DNA of 64,000 bases from an archaeon CG10_big_fil_rev_8_21_14_0_10_43_11 (lineage in GTDB: Archaea; Nanobdellota; Nanobdellia; PEZQ01): contig PEZQ01000006.1 of NCBI GenBank assembly GCA_002763265.1, positions 94,141 through 158,140 on the forward strand, written 5' to 3'. Below, one piece after another: positions 48,961 to 57,747 of the stretch. The notes beneath the pieces were generated by a model. It was not told where the DNA came from. It did not search any database and saw only the letters and a list, made by a program, of their open reading frames with translations. Both the position numbers and the translations under genes were made by a program. Positions within the stretch are counted from its first letter, which is position 1, and each line of letters opens with the position of its first letter.

Positions 48961-50427
48961 TTAGTCAAACCAAGCGTCAATTGCCTCTTGCAGGCGCGAG
49001 TTTGATGCCTTTTTGTTTTGTTCATCACGCACGCATAAGAGTGCGCCGTCAGTTGTGGCATCATCATAAATGTCTTGTGAAGGAATCACATACGTGCTAA
49101 ATTCCTCAATCTGTATCACATCTGCAACGTTTAGACCTTCCCAGGTGGTGCCGCACAATTCCCATGCTTTTGATTCGGGATTGTCCTGAAATCCGCCATA
49201 CCCATCGTGGTAGCCAACAAGAAAACTGCCGCGCGAAAGCGTTGTGTCTAAAATTTCATCAAGTGCAACACCATAATTACACGTGTAGTCTGCATTGTCA
49301 AAGAAGTTTGCAACATCAAAACCAGCACGAACTGCCGAACTAAAGAGGGGTCCAACAATAGGAATTGCATCGCTCCATGCAGTAATAGAATCGCCAGGAC
49401 TCACCTGAAAGGGGTCATACCTAAATATGATTGTTTCTGCTTCTGCTGCTACTTGAGGAATCACAGGCAGGCACAGACGAGATGCAACAGGAAGCACTGA
49501 GCTCTCATCAAGTGAAAAACCCGGTGTTTGTGCGTCTTTAAGCAATAACTCTGCTGCCTTGTCGCGCCACGAATTCGCGCTGGTAAGCGCGTCTAGTTTG
49601 GCGCTATCCCCTGATGCAACACAGCCAAGAAGCGTGGTGCCACACACCCATAGTGATGTTCCACCCATTTGCTCAACATAAGTTGTTTCGCGCCCGGTCA
49701 TGCGCGCGTGGCGCATATAATCAGTAATGTGGCGCAGTGAGAGCTCGGTTTCTTGGCCGCCATCTTGTGTAAAATCATAGCCGCGCGACGAGCACGTGAA
49801 TGGTTTTGAGACACGCGCGCTTGTAAGAGGGTTTCCTGTTCCATACCCTAGTTTTGCAAAGCAGTTAAACGCATCAAGAGCAAGGCCGTCAAGCTCGTTG
49901 AGCGCGCCTTTGAGCGCATGGGCTTCACTCTGTGTGCCGCCCATAACATAATCATAATAGGTCACAAACAAATCCGCAGGAGAGTGAACCCCTGAAGGGT
50001 CTTGTTTTGCAACAGCAAGATTTCTGCCTTGTGCAGTATACACAATAAATGATGTGTCTGCGTTGTAGGAGAATTGTACGTTGCTTGCGTCGCTAAACGT
50101 GCGTGTTTGCGTAGTTCCTGCAAGCTCACCGTTCACTTCATTTTTTGAAAACGTCACAATTTCCCAGTCTTCACTTGTTGTGTCAGGAAGTATTTGAGTC
50201 TCGCACAGGAAGGGAAGCGCGTTCATTACGGTGCCCGTAAAAAAACTTGTTTCAAAACGTGAGCCAAGCAGCTGGGATGCATAGTTTCGAACATTAATGC
50301 TTGTTTTGCAAAAAATGTTTTGTGCAGGAGTAAACACGCTGAGAAGTCCGGGTATGACAACAATAAGAAGCAGTGTGAACACAATAAACAACACGATAAG
50401 AGATTGAACATTTTGTTTTGATGCCAT
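48961..50427 (-). CDS. 488-aa N-anchored extracellular protein
   Basis: N-terminal TM helix; few Cys; no known domain recognised. Confidence 0.45.
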   Translation of the reverse strand: MASKQNVQSLIVLFIVFTLLLIVVIPGLLSVFTPAQNIFCKTSINVRNYASQLLGSRFETSFFTGTVMNALPFLCETQILPDTTSEDWEIVTFSKNEVNGELAGTTQTRTFSDASNVQFSYNADTSFIVYTAQGRNLAVAKQDPSGVHSPADLFVTYYDYVMGGTQSEAHALKGALNELDGLALDAFNCFAKLGYGTGNPLTSARVSKPFTCSSRGYDFTQDGGQETELSLRHITDYMRHARMTGRETTYVEQMGGTSLWVCGTTLLGCVASGDSAKLDALTSANSWRDKAAELLLKDAQTPGFSLDESSVLPVASRLCLPVIPQVAAEAETIIFRYDPFQVSPGDSITAWSDAIPIVGPLFSSAVRAGFDVANFFDNADYTCNYGVALDEILDTTLSRGSFLVGYHDGYGGFQDNPESKAWELCGTTWEGLNVADVIQIEEFSTYVIPSQDIYDDATTDGALLCVRDEQNKKASNSRLQEAIDAWFD

Positions 50428-50433
50428 AGTAGT

Positions 50434-50586
50434 TTATGAAAATATGTTAACAAGCCGGAGTGCATCATCTGCAAACGAGCCGAGCACACCAGTTTGCCAC
50501 ATAATAACAAAGCCAATAATAACCCCAATCACAATAAGCGTGATAAGAATGCCGGTTACAAGGTCAAATTCCGCGTGCGTGTTCAT
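50434..50586 (-). CDS. 50-aa single-TM micro-protein, absent from ORF track
   Basis: MNTHAEFDLVTGILITLIVIGVIIGFVIMWQTGVLGSFADDALRLVNIFS; its ATG overlaps the TGA stop of the upstream 819-aa gene (ATGA). Confidence 0.4.
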   Translation of the reverse strand: MNTHAEFDLVTGILITLIVIGVIIGFVIMWQTGVLGSFADDALRLVNIFS

Positions 50587-53042
50587 TTACAGCACCATCC
50601 TGCATTGTCAATCGCATTAGAGAGATAGATTTGCGTGTCTTGTCCGGTGATTGCAAGCGACACAGTTGATGTTGTGCATGCAACATTTTGATTTGCGCAC
50701 GCGTCTTCATAGGTGCTTCCCGTAAGTGTGGTCCCGCAGCATGTCTCACAGGATTCGAACGTGTTTTGTTCCTTGCTTAAAACGCCGCAACCGCTACCAA
50801 TGCCTGCAACGCAGGTCACGCCATAGTTTAGCTGGTTTTCGCATACAAACTCAGTGTCAACAGGCGTGCACGTGCTCAGGAAGTTGTGCGTTTTCTCGTA
50901 ATACCCATGAACAGGGATGCGCACGTCTTCAACAATCGTAAAGCCAGCAAGTCCTGAACAAAAGTTGTTCACGTCAAGGGTGAGGGTGCCATCAAAGGGT
51001 ATTGAACCCATGTTTTTGAATCGTACGCGCACGTGTCCTTGTTTGAGTTCGCTCTCATCAAGGGTTGCTTTATACGCGCACGCGCCGTTATTGCATGCGT
51101 AGTCGCGATACACACTTTGCCCGTTTTCATCGTAGAATCCATCAAGGTCATTGCAATTCTTTTGCGTGCTCTTAAGCACGTTTGACGCACAGTAATAATC
51201 AGTAAGCGTTTCTTCGTCTTGGCACTCGTCTTCAAAGGTTTGTTCAAGACACGCCCCATCAAAACAGCCGGGCGCGTACTCTGTTGTATCAAACGTGGTG
51301 AAGCTTGGCTGGGTTTCTCCTGTGCAGTAGCGCGCGCATTCAACTAGAGTTGAGTCATAGCTTGTTCCTATTGCACTATATTCGCGCACTTGGGTTTGGT
51401 AGTTGTTTACAAAAATTCCTTCGCACGCGTCTTCAAAGTCAGTGTAAGGGCAGAGTACAACGCTTCCAAAACTGCAATCAGCACCTTCACATGATGCTTG
51501 CCAGTAGTAATCGCGGACTTTGTCTTTGCTAAACACGTCAGCGGCATCAGCAAGAACCGTGTCTGTCAGACTTAAATCGTCAGATGCCGCGTTGTTGCAG
51601 CATATTGCTGTTTCTTCAGCAATGCCATCACAGTTATTGTCAGGAATGCCATCACAAATTTCTGGCGCGCCAGGGTATACTGTGCCATACGCGTCACTGC
51701 ACATGTTTTCATTGTCTCCGTCGCATTCAACATCAAAACCATCCCCGTCCAGGTCAGTTCCTGCAAGTTCGCATGATACTGAGATGTCAGCATTGCACTC
51801 ATTTGCACTGCACGAGCACGTGTCAAGATTGCACGCATTTGGTTGTGCTCTGCAATCATAATAGTCATAAGAATTGTCACCATACAACACCAAGCCGAGC
51901 GCGCCAAGGGTTCCTTTCACAAAATCGTTTGTATAACAACCACTGTTTTGCGAGCAGTCAGAAGGCGCGCATCCTGTTGTGTCGGTATCGCACACCGCTC
52001 CGCACGCGCCTGCGTTACACGTGTAGAGTGAAAGGCAGGTGTCTTTTGGCACGCATGCTGAAACCGGGTTTCCGTTTTCATCAGTAACTGATGATGCTTT
52101 GTTGCCGTTGCATGCAGCGCAAAATTCGCATGCACCATCTGATGTGCAGTCTGCTTGCGAGCGTTGCGCGCAATTTGAAGGAATAATACCAATTATGTCT
52201 GTTTGAGAATCAGCAAGAGGGGTTCCTGCATCACTATCAACAGAACATGCACCGCCTTGCTTATTTGAAATATAACACTCTGCAGTTACTTCGCCTGCAG
52301 TGCTTGATATGCAGCTAAATTGCGCATGAGCGCCATCCCAGCTTTGCCACGCACAATCAGAGCCTCCTTGTATGCGCGCACCAATGCAATTTGCATTGAC
52401 AAGCGAGCTTTCACACTGTACCGTAAACGCGGTGTTTTGAACTGCCGTATTGGGGGCGGTTATACCTTCCAGTGTGAGGCAGGTCACATCTTGCGTGTCA
52501 GTTCTGCCGTCGCAATCGTTGTCAAGACCATCATCGCACACCTCAGTTGTGCCAGATACTGCGCCGGTGCACCCGCCAAATGCGCCTGCAGAACAGTATT
52601 TGGTTCCGCTCTGGCACACGCCGGTGTCCGTGCCGCATGATGCGGAGAACAGGTCAATAGTGCCATCACAGTTGTCATCAACATTGTTGCAGCGCTCTTG
52701 TGCGCCAGGATAGATACGCGCATCAGTTGGGTTGCAGTCAACAGCATCATTATAGCCGTCTCCATCAGCGTCAGAGAACGTGCAAAACCCATTGGAGCAC
52801 AGCTTTTCTTGCGCACAGGCTCCCGTAATACAGTCCGCTCGTTGAATACCGCCCGTAATGTATTCTTCACAGTGCTGATCTGAAGAGCATTGTACTTGTT
52901 TAGCGCCAAAAAATCGTTCCAGCTGGTACGAGCAAGACGTGGCGCAATAGGATTCAATATCGCTGATTAGACGTGCGTGCGCGCTTTGCGCGCTCATAGC
53001 AATCAAGAACGCAATGACTATGAGGAGTATATACTTACTCAC
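50583..53042 (-). CDS. 819-aa secreted Cys-rich protein with MopE-like metal-binding repeats
   Basis: Sec signal peptide (..AQSAHA); DADGDGYNDAVDCNPTDARIYPGAQERCNNVDDNCDG and DLDGDGFDVECDGDNENMCSDAYGTVYPGAPEICDGIPDNNCDG. Confidence 0.55.
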   Translation of the reverse strand: MSKYILLIVIAFLIAMSAQSAHARLISDIESYCATSCSYQLERFFGAKQVQCSSDQHCEEYITGGIQRADCITGACAQEKLCSNGFCTFSDADGDGYNDAVDCNPTDARIYPGAQERCNNVDDNCDGTIDLFSASCGTDTGVCQSGTKYCSAGAFGGCTGAVSGTTEVCDDGLDNDCDGRTDTQDVTCLTLEGITAPNTAVQNTAFTVQCESSLVNANCIGARIQGGSDCAWQSWDGAHAQFSCISSTAGEVTAECYISNKQGGACSVDSDAGTPLADSQTDIIGIIPSNCAQRSQADCTSDGACEFCAACNGNKASSVTDENGNPVSACVPKDTCLSLYTCNAGACGAVCDTDTTGCAPSDCSQNSGCYTNDFVKGTLGALGLVLYGDNSYDYYDCRAQPNACNLDTCSCSANECNADISVSCELAGTDLDGDGFDVECDGDNENMCSDAYGTVYPGAPEICDGIPDNNCDGIAEETAICCNNAASDDLSLTDTVLADAADVFSKDKVRDYYWQASCEGADCSFGSVVLCPYTDFEDACEGIFVNNYQTQVREYSAIGTSYDSTLVECARYCTGETQPSFTTFDTTEYAPGCFDGACLEQTFEDECQDEETLTDYYCASNVLKSTQKNCNDLDGFYDENGQSVYRDYACNNGACAYKATLDESELKQGHVRVRFKNMGSIPFDGTLTLDVNNFCSGLAGFTIVEDVRIPVHGYYEKTHNFLSTCTPVDTEFVCENQLNYGVTCVAGIGSGCGVLSKEQNTFESCETCCGTTLTGSTYEDACANQNVACTTSTVSLAITGQDTQIYLSNAIDNAGWCCK

Positions 53043-54096
53043 GCCAGCACGTCACCCCATTTTCAGCAGTTTGCCCGCACGTGAAACCTGCAAGCGAACA
53101 TTCAAGACTGCCAGTTCGCCATCCTGCATCAACGCAGACTGGTTCTTCTGTTGGCGGGGCTTCATTTGCTTCTTTTGCCCGATAGGTAAGGTATTGTTTT
53201 ATGAGTTTAGCAAGGTTTTGTTGCGTGAGTTCAAGAAGCATGCTTACGCTTCTTACACCGTGCAGGGAATCGCCCGTGAGCGTAATAGTGTTATATGTTG
53301 CAAATGAGTGTTCAGCTGTTTCAACAAGCATGCACAACGACCCGTCACAAGTGGTGCGCGCTACCTTAAGATTTGAAAAATAAGGTGAACCAAACGCAGC
53401 AAATACTGCACCAAGAGCTGCTTCATGGTTTGTTTTATCAAGCAGGATGTTGTAGCCAATCACTTCAAAATCATCATAATACACAGTTAAAAGAAACGCG
53501 TCTGCTTGGAATGAAAAACCAAAATAAGGCGTTGTCACGAGGCTTGGCTTTGCCTGTTCAAGACCAAAATGCGAAGCAATGCTTTGTGCTTGCGCTTCAA
53601 ATGCATTAAAATCGTATGTGTATTGTTTTTCATAAAACGAGAGTTCCACTGCAGGAATGTATTGTACTTCCTGTTCAAGGCGTAATTCGCGTTCTTGTCC
53701 CTGCTCGTCAAAATAGGTGATGGTCTTATTTTCTTCGTTAACAAACACGCTCCCGTTTGTTGCATAGATGTTTTGTTCTTGTTCAAAAGAGGTGATAAGC
53801 TCATTTGTGGTGTAATTAAAGGATACGAGCATAGTTGATTCAAAAAGCGCTTTGTGGTCTCTATACAAATCCACAACCGCCATGTTAAGCGCGTCACGCT
53901 GCGGAGGTGTTGCTATAAGTGTGATACTCTTATTTGCAGACAGGTCTTTTCCTGGAACAAGAAAAGAAAGTTCTTGTTCAAAAAATATAGCGTCATTGCT
54001 CACTGGAGGAAGTGCTTGTCTGCCAAAAAAGAAGATGCCAAAAATGCCTATAACAATTAGGACGCCAGCAGTAAAAAAAAAGGTGTGGGGTCTCAT
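53035..54096 (-). CDS. 353-aa N-anchored extracellular protein
   Basis: N-terminal TM helix, C-terminal Cys cluster; 8-nt overlap upstream, 4-nt downstream. Confidence 0.45.
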   Translation of the reverse strand: MRPHTFFFTAGVLIVIGIFGIFFFGRQALPPVSNDAIFFEQELSFLVPGKDLSANKSITLIATPPQRDALNMAVVDLYRDHKALFESTMLVSFNYTTNELITSFEQEQNIYATNGSVFVNEENKTITYFDEQGQERELRLEQEVQYIPAVELSFYEKQYTYDFNAFEAQAQSIASHFGLEQAKPSLVTTPYFGFSFQADAFLLTVYYDDFEVIGYNILLDKTNHEAALGAVFAAFGSPYFSNLKVARTTCDGSLCMLVETAEHSFATYNTITLTGDSLHGVRSVSMLLELTQQNLAKLIKQYLTYRAKEANEAPPTEEPVCVDAGWRTGSLECSLAGFTCGQTAENGVTCWRE

Positions 54097-55682
54097 GCGT
54101 CACCTCGCCTTGGCGTGTCAACGCTTAATCTGCCAAGCTCAGAGTATACCGGGATAACAAAGAGGTTTTGCGTGCTCTCAAGTCTTTCAAAAGATTTGTA
54201 CACATTTGCTTCTTGACCCGTGACACTGATGCTCGCGCGCGCAGTTACCCTATCTGATGAGTAGGTGCATCCGTCTTCAGGGTCGCATGAAATAGCCGTG
54301 TAGCCAATACCGTCCACATCTTGAAGCGAACACAAAACCGTGCGCGTTTGTCCTGCAGGAACGCTCACACTTCCATCACACAAGAGAATTTCTTGCGGTG
54401 TTGGGTCAGTGACGTGTTCAATGACTTGCGCGTAAAGCGTATAATCTACAGGTTTTTCAAGGTCACCATTGTTTTGAATATCAAAAGAGTATGTTGCGTA
54501 GTACTGTGTCGGGTGGTTTGTAACCATAAGTGAGCCTCTTCTCATGCTCACATTGATGAATTCAAATGCATAGAAGGTTTCTTTGCTGAGCATGTTGTCA
54601 AGCGCGTTTTCATCAGCACTGTCTGTTTCAAGGTCGTTGCCATTAAGCGTGCCATCACCATCAATATCCTCATCAAGGATGTTTGCAATCCCATCAGCAT
54701 CATCATCTTGTTGGGCTTGCGCAAGTGTGATAAACTGGTCAGGCCGCGAGTCACCATCAAGGTCAGGGTCATGAATGTCAAGAATGCCGTCCCCGTCCGT
54801 GTCTTTGGTTGAAAGGTCAGTGCGGATAAATTGGATTGATGCGCTTATGTTTCCGTTTTGTGTTAGAATTGAATACGGGTAGTCAATGCCATTTGATTGC
54901 CTGACAAGACGGCATGACACGTCTTGGTTGCTGTTTTCTTCAACGTACGCGAGTGTTTCTCTGCAAAACACGCATGCACCGGTTTGCGCGTCAGGGTTTT
55001 GGCACGCATTATTTATTGCAGAAACAGCGTAGGCAATGTCATTGACAAGAAAGCGATTTTGAATACTTGCGGTGATTGTGGGATTGTTCACATCCTCATT
55101 AAAATTGATTCCTGTTACGCGAACATTATACGGTTTTTTTGCACAAAACAGGTCTTGGTCTTGAGAGAGAAGGGGATAGACCTGCACAATTTCATCAACG
55201 TCGCTTGAAACATCTGCTTTATAGGTGGTAATGTGCAAGTGAAAATCGCCTACACATTCAGAATAGAGAGGTAATTCACATGCGTAGTTTGCAAAGCTTC
55301 CTGCAGGGACTGTTTTTTGTTCAGTGCAACCAGGATAGGCAAAGCTTTTGTCTTGCTTGAAATTGCTTACAAACGCGCTGAGAATGGGCGCAAGATTTTC
55401 CCGTTCATTATAATTACATATTTCAACGCGCAGGACGCCGCGTCCTTCATCACTCAATGAGGTTGGTTCACGCGTGACTTCAATAAAGGGTGTAGAGCAA
55501 TTCACAATTCTTGAAAACCCCGCGGCTTCCTGAAAGTTTATGCCAACAGCAATTGCTTCGCCAGTAGGGCTTCTTGAAGATTGTGAAAAAATGAATCCTG
55601 AAAGAAGAAGCACTACTGGTGCAAGAAGGAGAAGAAAACCAATAAGTGCAAGAATCAGTTTAAGCTGTCCTTTTGAATTCAT
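54093..55682 (-). CDS. ~530-aa protein with class III signal peptide and thrombospondin-type-3-like Ca-binding Asp repeats
   Basis: MNSKG|QLKLILALIGFLLLLAPVVLLL; DTDGDGILDIHDPDLDGDSRPD...DDDADGIANILDEDIDGDGTLNGNDLETD. Confidence 0.5.
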   Translation of the reverse strand: MNSKGQLKLILALIGFLLLLAPVVLLLSGFIFSQSSRSPTGEAIAVGINFQEAAGFSRIVNCSTPFIEVTREPTSLSDEGRGVLRVEICNYNERENLAPILSAFVSNFKQDKSFAYPGCTEQKTVPAGSFANYACELPLYSECVGDFHLHITTYKADVSSDVDEIVQVYPLLSQDQDLFCAKKPYNVRVTGINFNEDVNNPTITASIQNRFLVNDIAYAVSAINNACQNPDAQTGACVFCRETLAYVEENSNQDVSCRLVRQSNGIDYPYSILTQNGNISASIQFIRTDLSTKDTDGDGILDIHDPDLDGDSRPDQFITLAQAQQDDDADGIANILDEDIDGDGTLNGNDLETDSADENALDNMLSKETFYAFEFINVSMRRGSLMVTNHPTQYYATYSFDIQNNGDLEKPVDYTLYAQVIEHVTDPTPQEILLCDGSVSVPAGQTRTVLCSLQDVDGIGYTAISCDPEDGCTYSSDRVTARASISVTGQEANVYKSFERLESTQNLFVIPVYSELGRLSVDTPRRGDA

Positions 55683-55683
55683 G

Positions 55684-57747
55684 TTATGTCCCCCCAATAG
55701 TAAGCGCAAAGCGCGTAAGACCGCCAAACAAGATGGTCACGCCAAGTGTTACAAATGTGTATACAATGGTGCCCATCATAAGTGTTTTGCCAACTTTTTG
55801 TTTTTGCTTAATAGGGTCTCCGGCAAATTCAACTTGCGAGGCAAGATACATCATAAGAATAACCACCTCAATAAAGTAGATGCCCACAATAAGCTGGAAT
55901 GTGGTGAGAGGTATGGCATCTTTTACGTTAAACAAGCCAATAGACCAGACCGAAGACAATCCAAAACCGCCTTCTGAAGCTGCGGCCTGGCTTTCAAGTT
56001 GTTCCATTTGCAGGTTCATGCTGGTAAGAATCATCATAATCATGCTGGTAAGACCAACAACAATTCCTGAAATCATAGGCGCAACAATGCTTGACTCAAA
56101 TGAAAGGCTTGAGAGGGTTTCTGAGAGCACATCTTTGATTTTTTCAGTAATAGTATGCACGTTTGAAAGGTATCGCGAAACATTTGAAAGCGACGACGCA
56201 GCGATTTCAAGACTTTTTTCAGCACCCTGAATCATAATTTTCATAGCCGCAGAAACAAGGTGCGACGGGTAGTAAACGAGCGCGCCAAGTTTTGAATCAA
56301 AAATTGCCTGTTCAGCACCCATGCCCAGTCTTTGCATGTTATCAACCATTTTATAGAAGAAACTGGCAGACTCCGAGCCTTTCATGCTTTCTGCAACTTT
56401 AAGTGCGGCAAGTTCAACGGGGAATCCTTCACTAATACGGTTTGCAAGCTGAAATGCCGTGTTTGCAAACTGGGATTCAAGGTTTTCAATTTCTTCACGC
56501 AATTTAAGACGCTGAAATGAAGTAAGATAGGTGTAAAAAAATATCGAAAGCGCGGTTCCCACAATAGGTAAAAGCGTGATGTACACATCCCACTCTGAAG
56601 GTATTCCACCAAAGGGATTGATAAAAAGATAGACAAGATAGGGTATAACCGCTGTTGCAAAAACAATAAGAGAGATAGGAAGAGCCGGCAGGCTGACGCG
56701 TTTTTTTCCAAGGGTGATAAAAAACCAGCCGGGTTTTGGTACAAGAGGATGGTGAGAAATGTCAGGATATGAAAACGCAATGGGCCTGTTTGCAAGGGTT
56801 CGCTGTATCATAAAAAACACGCCAAGCGGGAGCAGGAAATTGTAGAGAATAATAAGCGCGCGTGAGCTAATGAGTTCTGAGAGAAACGCACCAATAATAG
56901 GCAGCGTGATAAGTCCAAAAATAGGCAAGCTGATACCAAGCATATAAATTCCTTCAATCGGGTTTTTGAGCGCGTTAGAATAGTGCACCATGGTCTCAAG
57001 CGTGCCCTGCAGGATTCGGTCAAGCGCTTTTTCTAAAAGTCCAAGGCGTTTCTCATCTGATACTTGATACATGCTAGAGGTTACGAGAAACACAGAATCA
57101 ACAAATTCAGGATTGGTTTCTTTCCATTGATTAACATACACGTCAAGGGCTTCTTTGACGGTCATATATTTTTTTGACTCAACATCCCACAAGATTTTTT
57201 TAAAATCGTTTGCAAGCGGTCCTTCCAAGTTTTCAGCAACAAAACGAAGCGCTCCTTCAAGGTTTGCAGTGTGGCGCATAAAAATAACCATGTAGAGAAT
57301 TGCCATGACCAGTTCTGTTGAACTTTTGAGCTTGCGCGCTTTGACCTTGTTTGTTGGGTAATTACGAAAATATGAGTACAAACCAAAGGTGAGAGCAAGG
57401 CCCAACAGGAATACCATAATTGAAAAGGTGAGCACAAAAACAACTGCTGAAATAGCGAGTCCAAGAACAATTGCAACAACAGAAGTAGTCATGACTTGTT
57501 GTGGCGTGATGCGAAGTCCAAGCGTGTCAATGCTTTCTTGCAGGCTTTGCTCGTCTTTTTTTGACACGCTCATAGAAAAGAGCTTTCCAACCCTGCGGTA
57601 AATGATTTCAACACGCGTAAGACCCTCAGTTTCCGCTCGTTGAAATTCTTTATAGTAGTAAGATGAGGCGCGTTGTGCTTTTGTTTCATCTTGGGTTGCG
57701 CGCTTTAGATTAAGTTCTTTTTTGAGTTCCTGTTCATCAAGTTCCAT
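55684..57747 (-). CDS. FlaJ/TadC-like polytopic membrane platform protein, locus 2
   Basis: ~690 aa, two helical cytoplasmic domains plus 9 or more TM helices; start set at MELDEQ giving an 11-nt overlap with the ATPase gene (same as locus 1). Confidence 0.65.
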   Translation of the reverse strand: MELDEQELKKELNLKRATQDETKAQRASSYYYKEFQRAETEGLTRVEIIYRRVGKLFSMSVSKKDEQSLQESIDTLGLRITPQQVMTTSVVAIVLGLAISAVVFVLTFSIMVFLLGLALTFGLYSYFRNYPTNKVKARKLKSSTELVMAILYMVIFMRHTANLEGALRFVAENLEGPLANDFKKILWDVESKKYMTVKEALDVYVNQWKETNPEFVDSVFLVTSSMYQVSDEKRLGLLEKALDRILQGTLETMVHYSNALKNPIEGIYMLGISLPIFGLITLPIIGAFLSELISSRALIILYNFLLPLGVFFMIQRTLANRPIAFSYPDISHHPLVPKPGWFFITLGKKRVSLPALPISLIVFATAVIPYLVYLFINPFGGIPSEWDVYITLLPIVGTALSIFFYTYLTSFQRLKLREEIENLESQFANTAFQLANRISEGFPVELAALKVAESMKGSESASFFYKMVDNMQRLGMGAEQAIFDSKLGALVYYPSHLVSAAMKIMIQGAEKSLEIAASSLSNVSRYLSNVHTITEKIKDVLSETLSSLSFESSIVAPMISGIVVGLTSMIMMILTSMNLQMEQLESQAAASEGGFGLSSVWSIGLFNVKDAIPLTTFQLIVGIYFIEVVILMMYLASQVEFAGDPIKQKQKVGKTLMMGTIVYTFVTLGVTILFGGLTRFALTIGGT

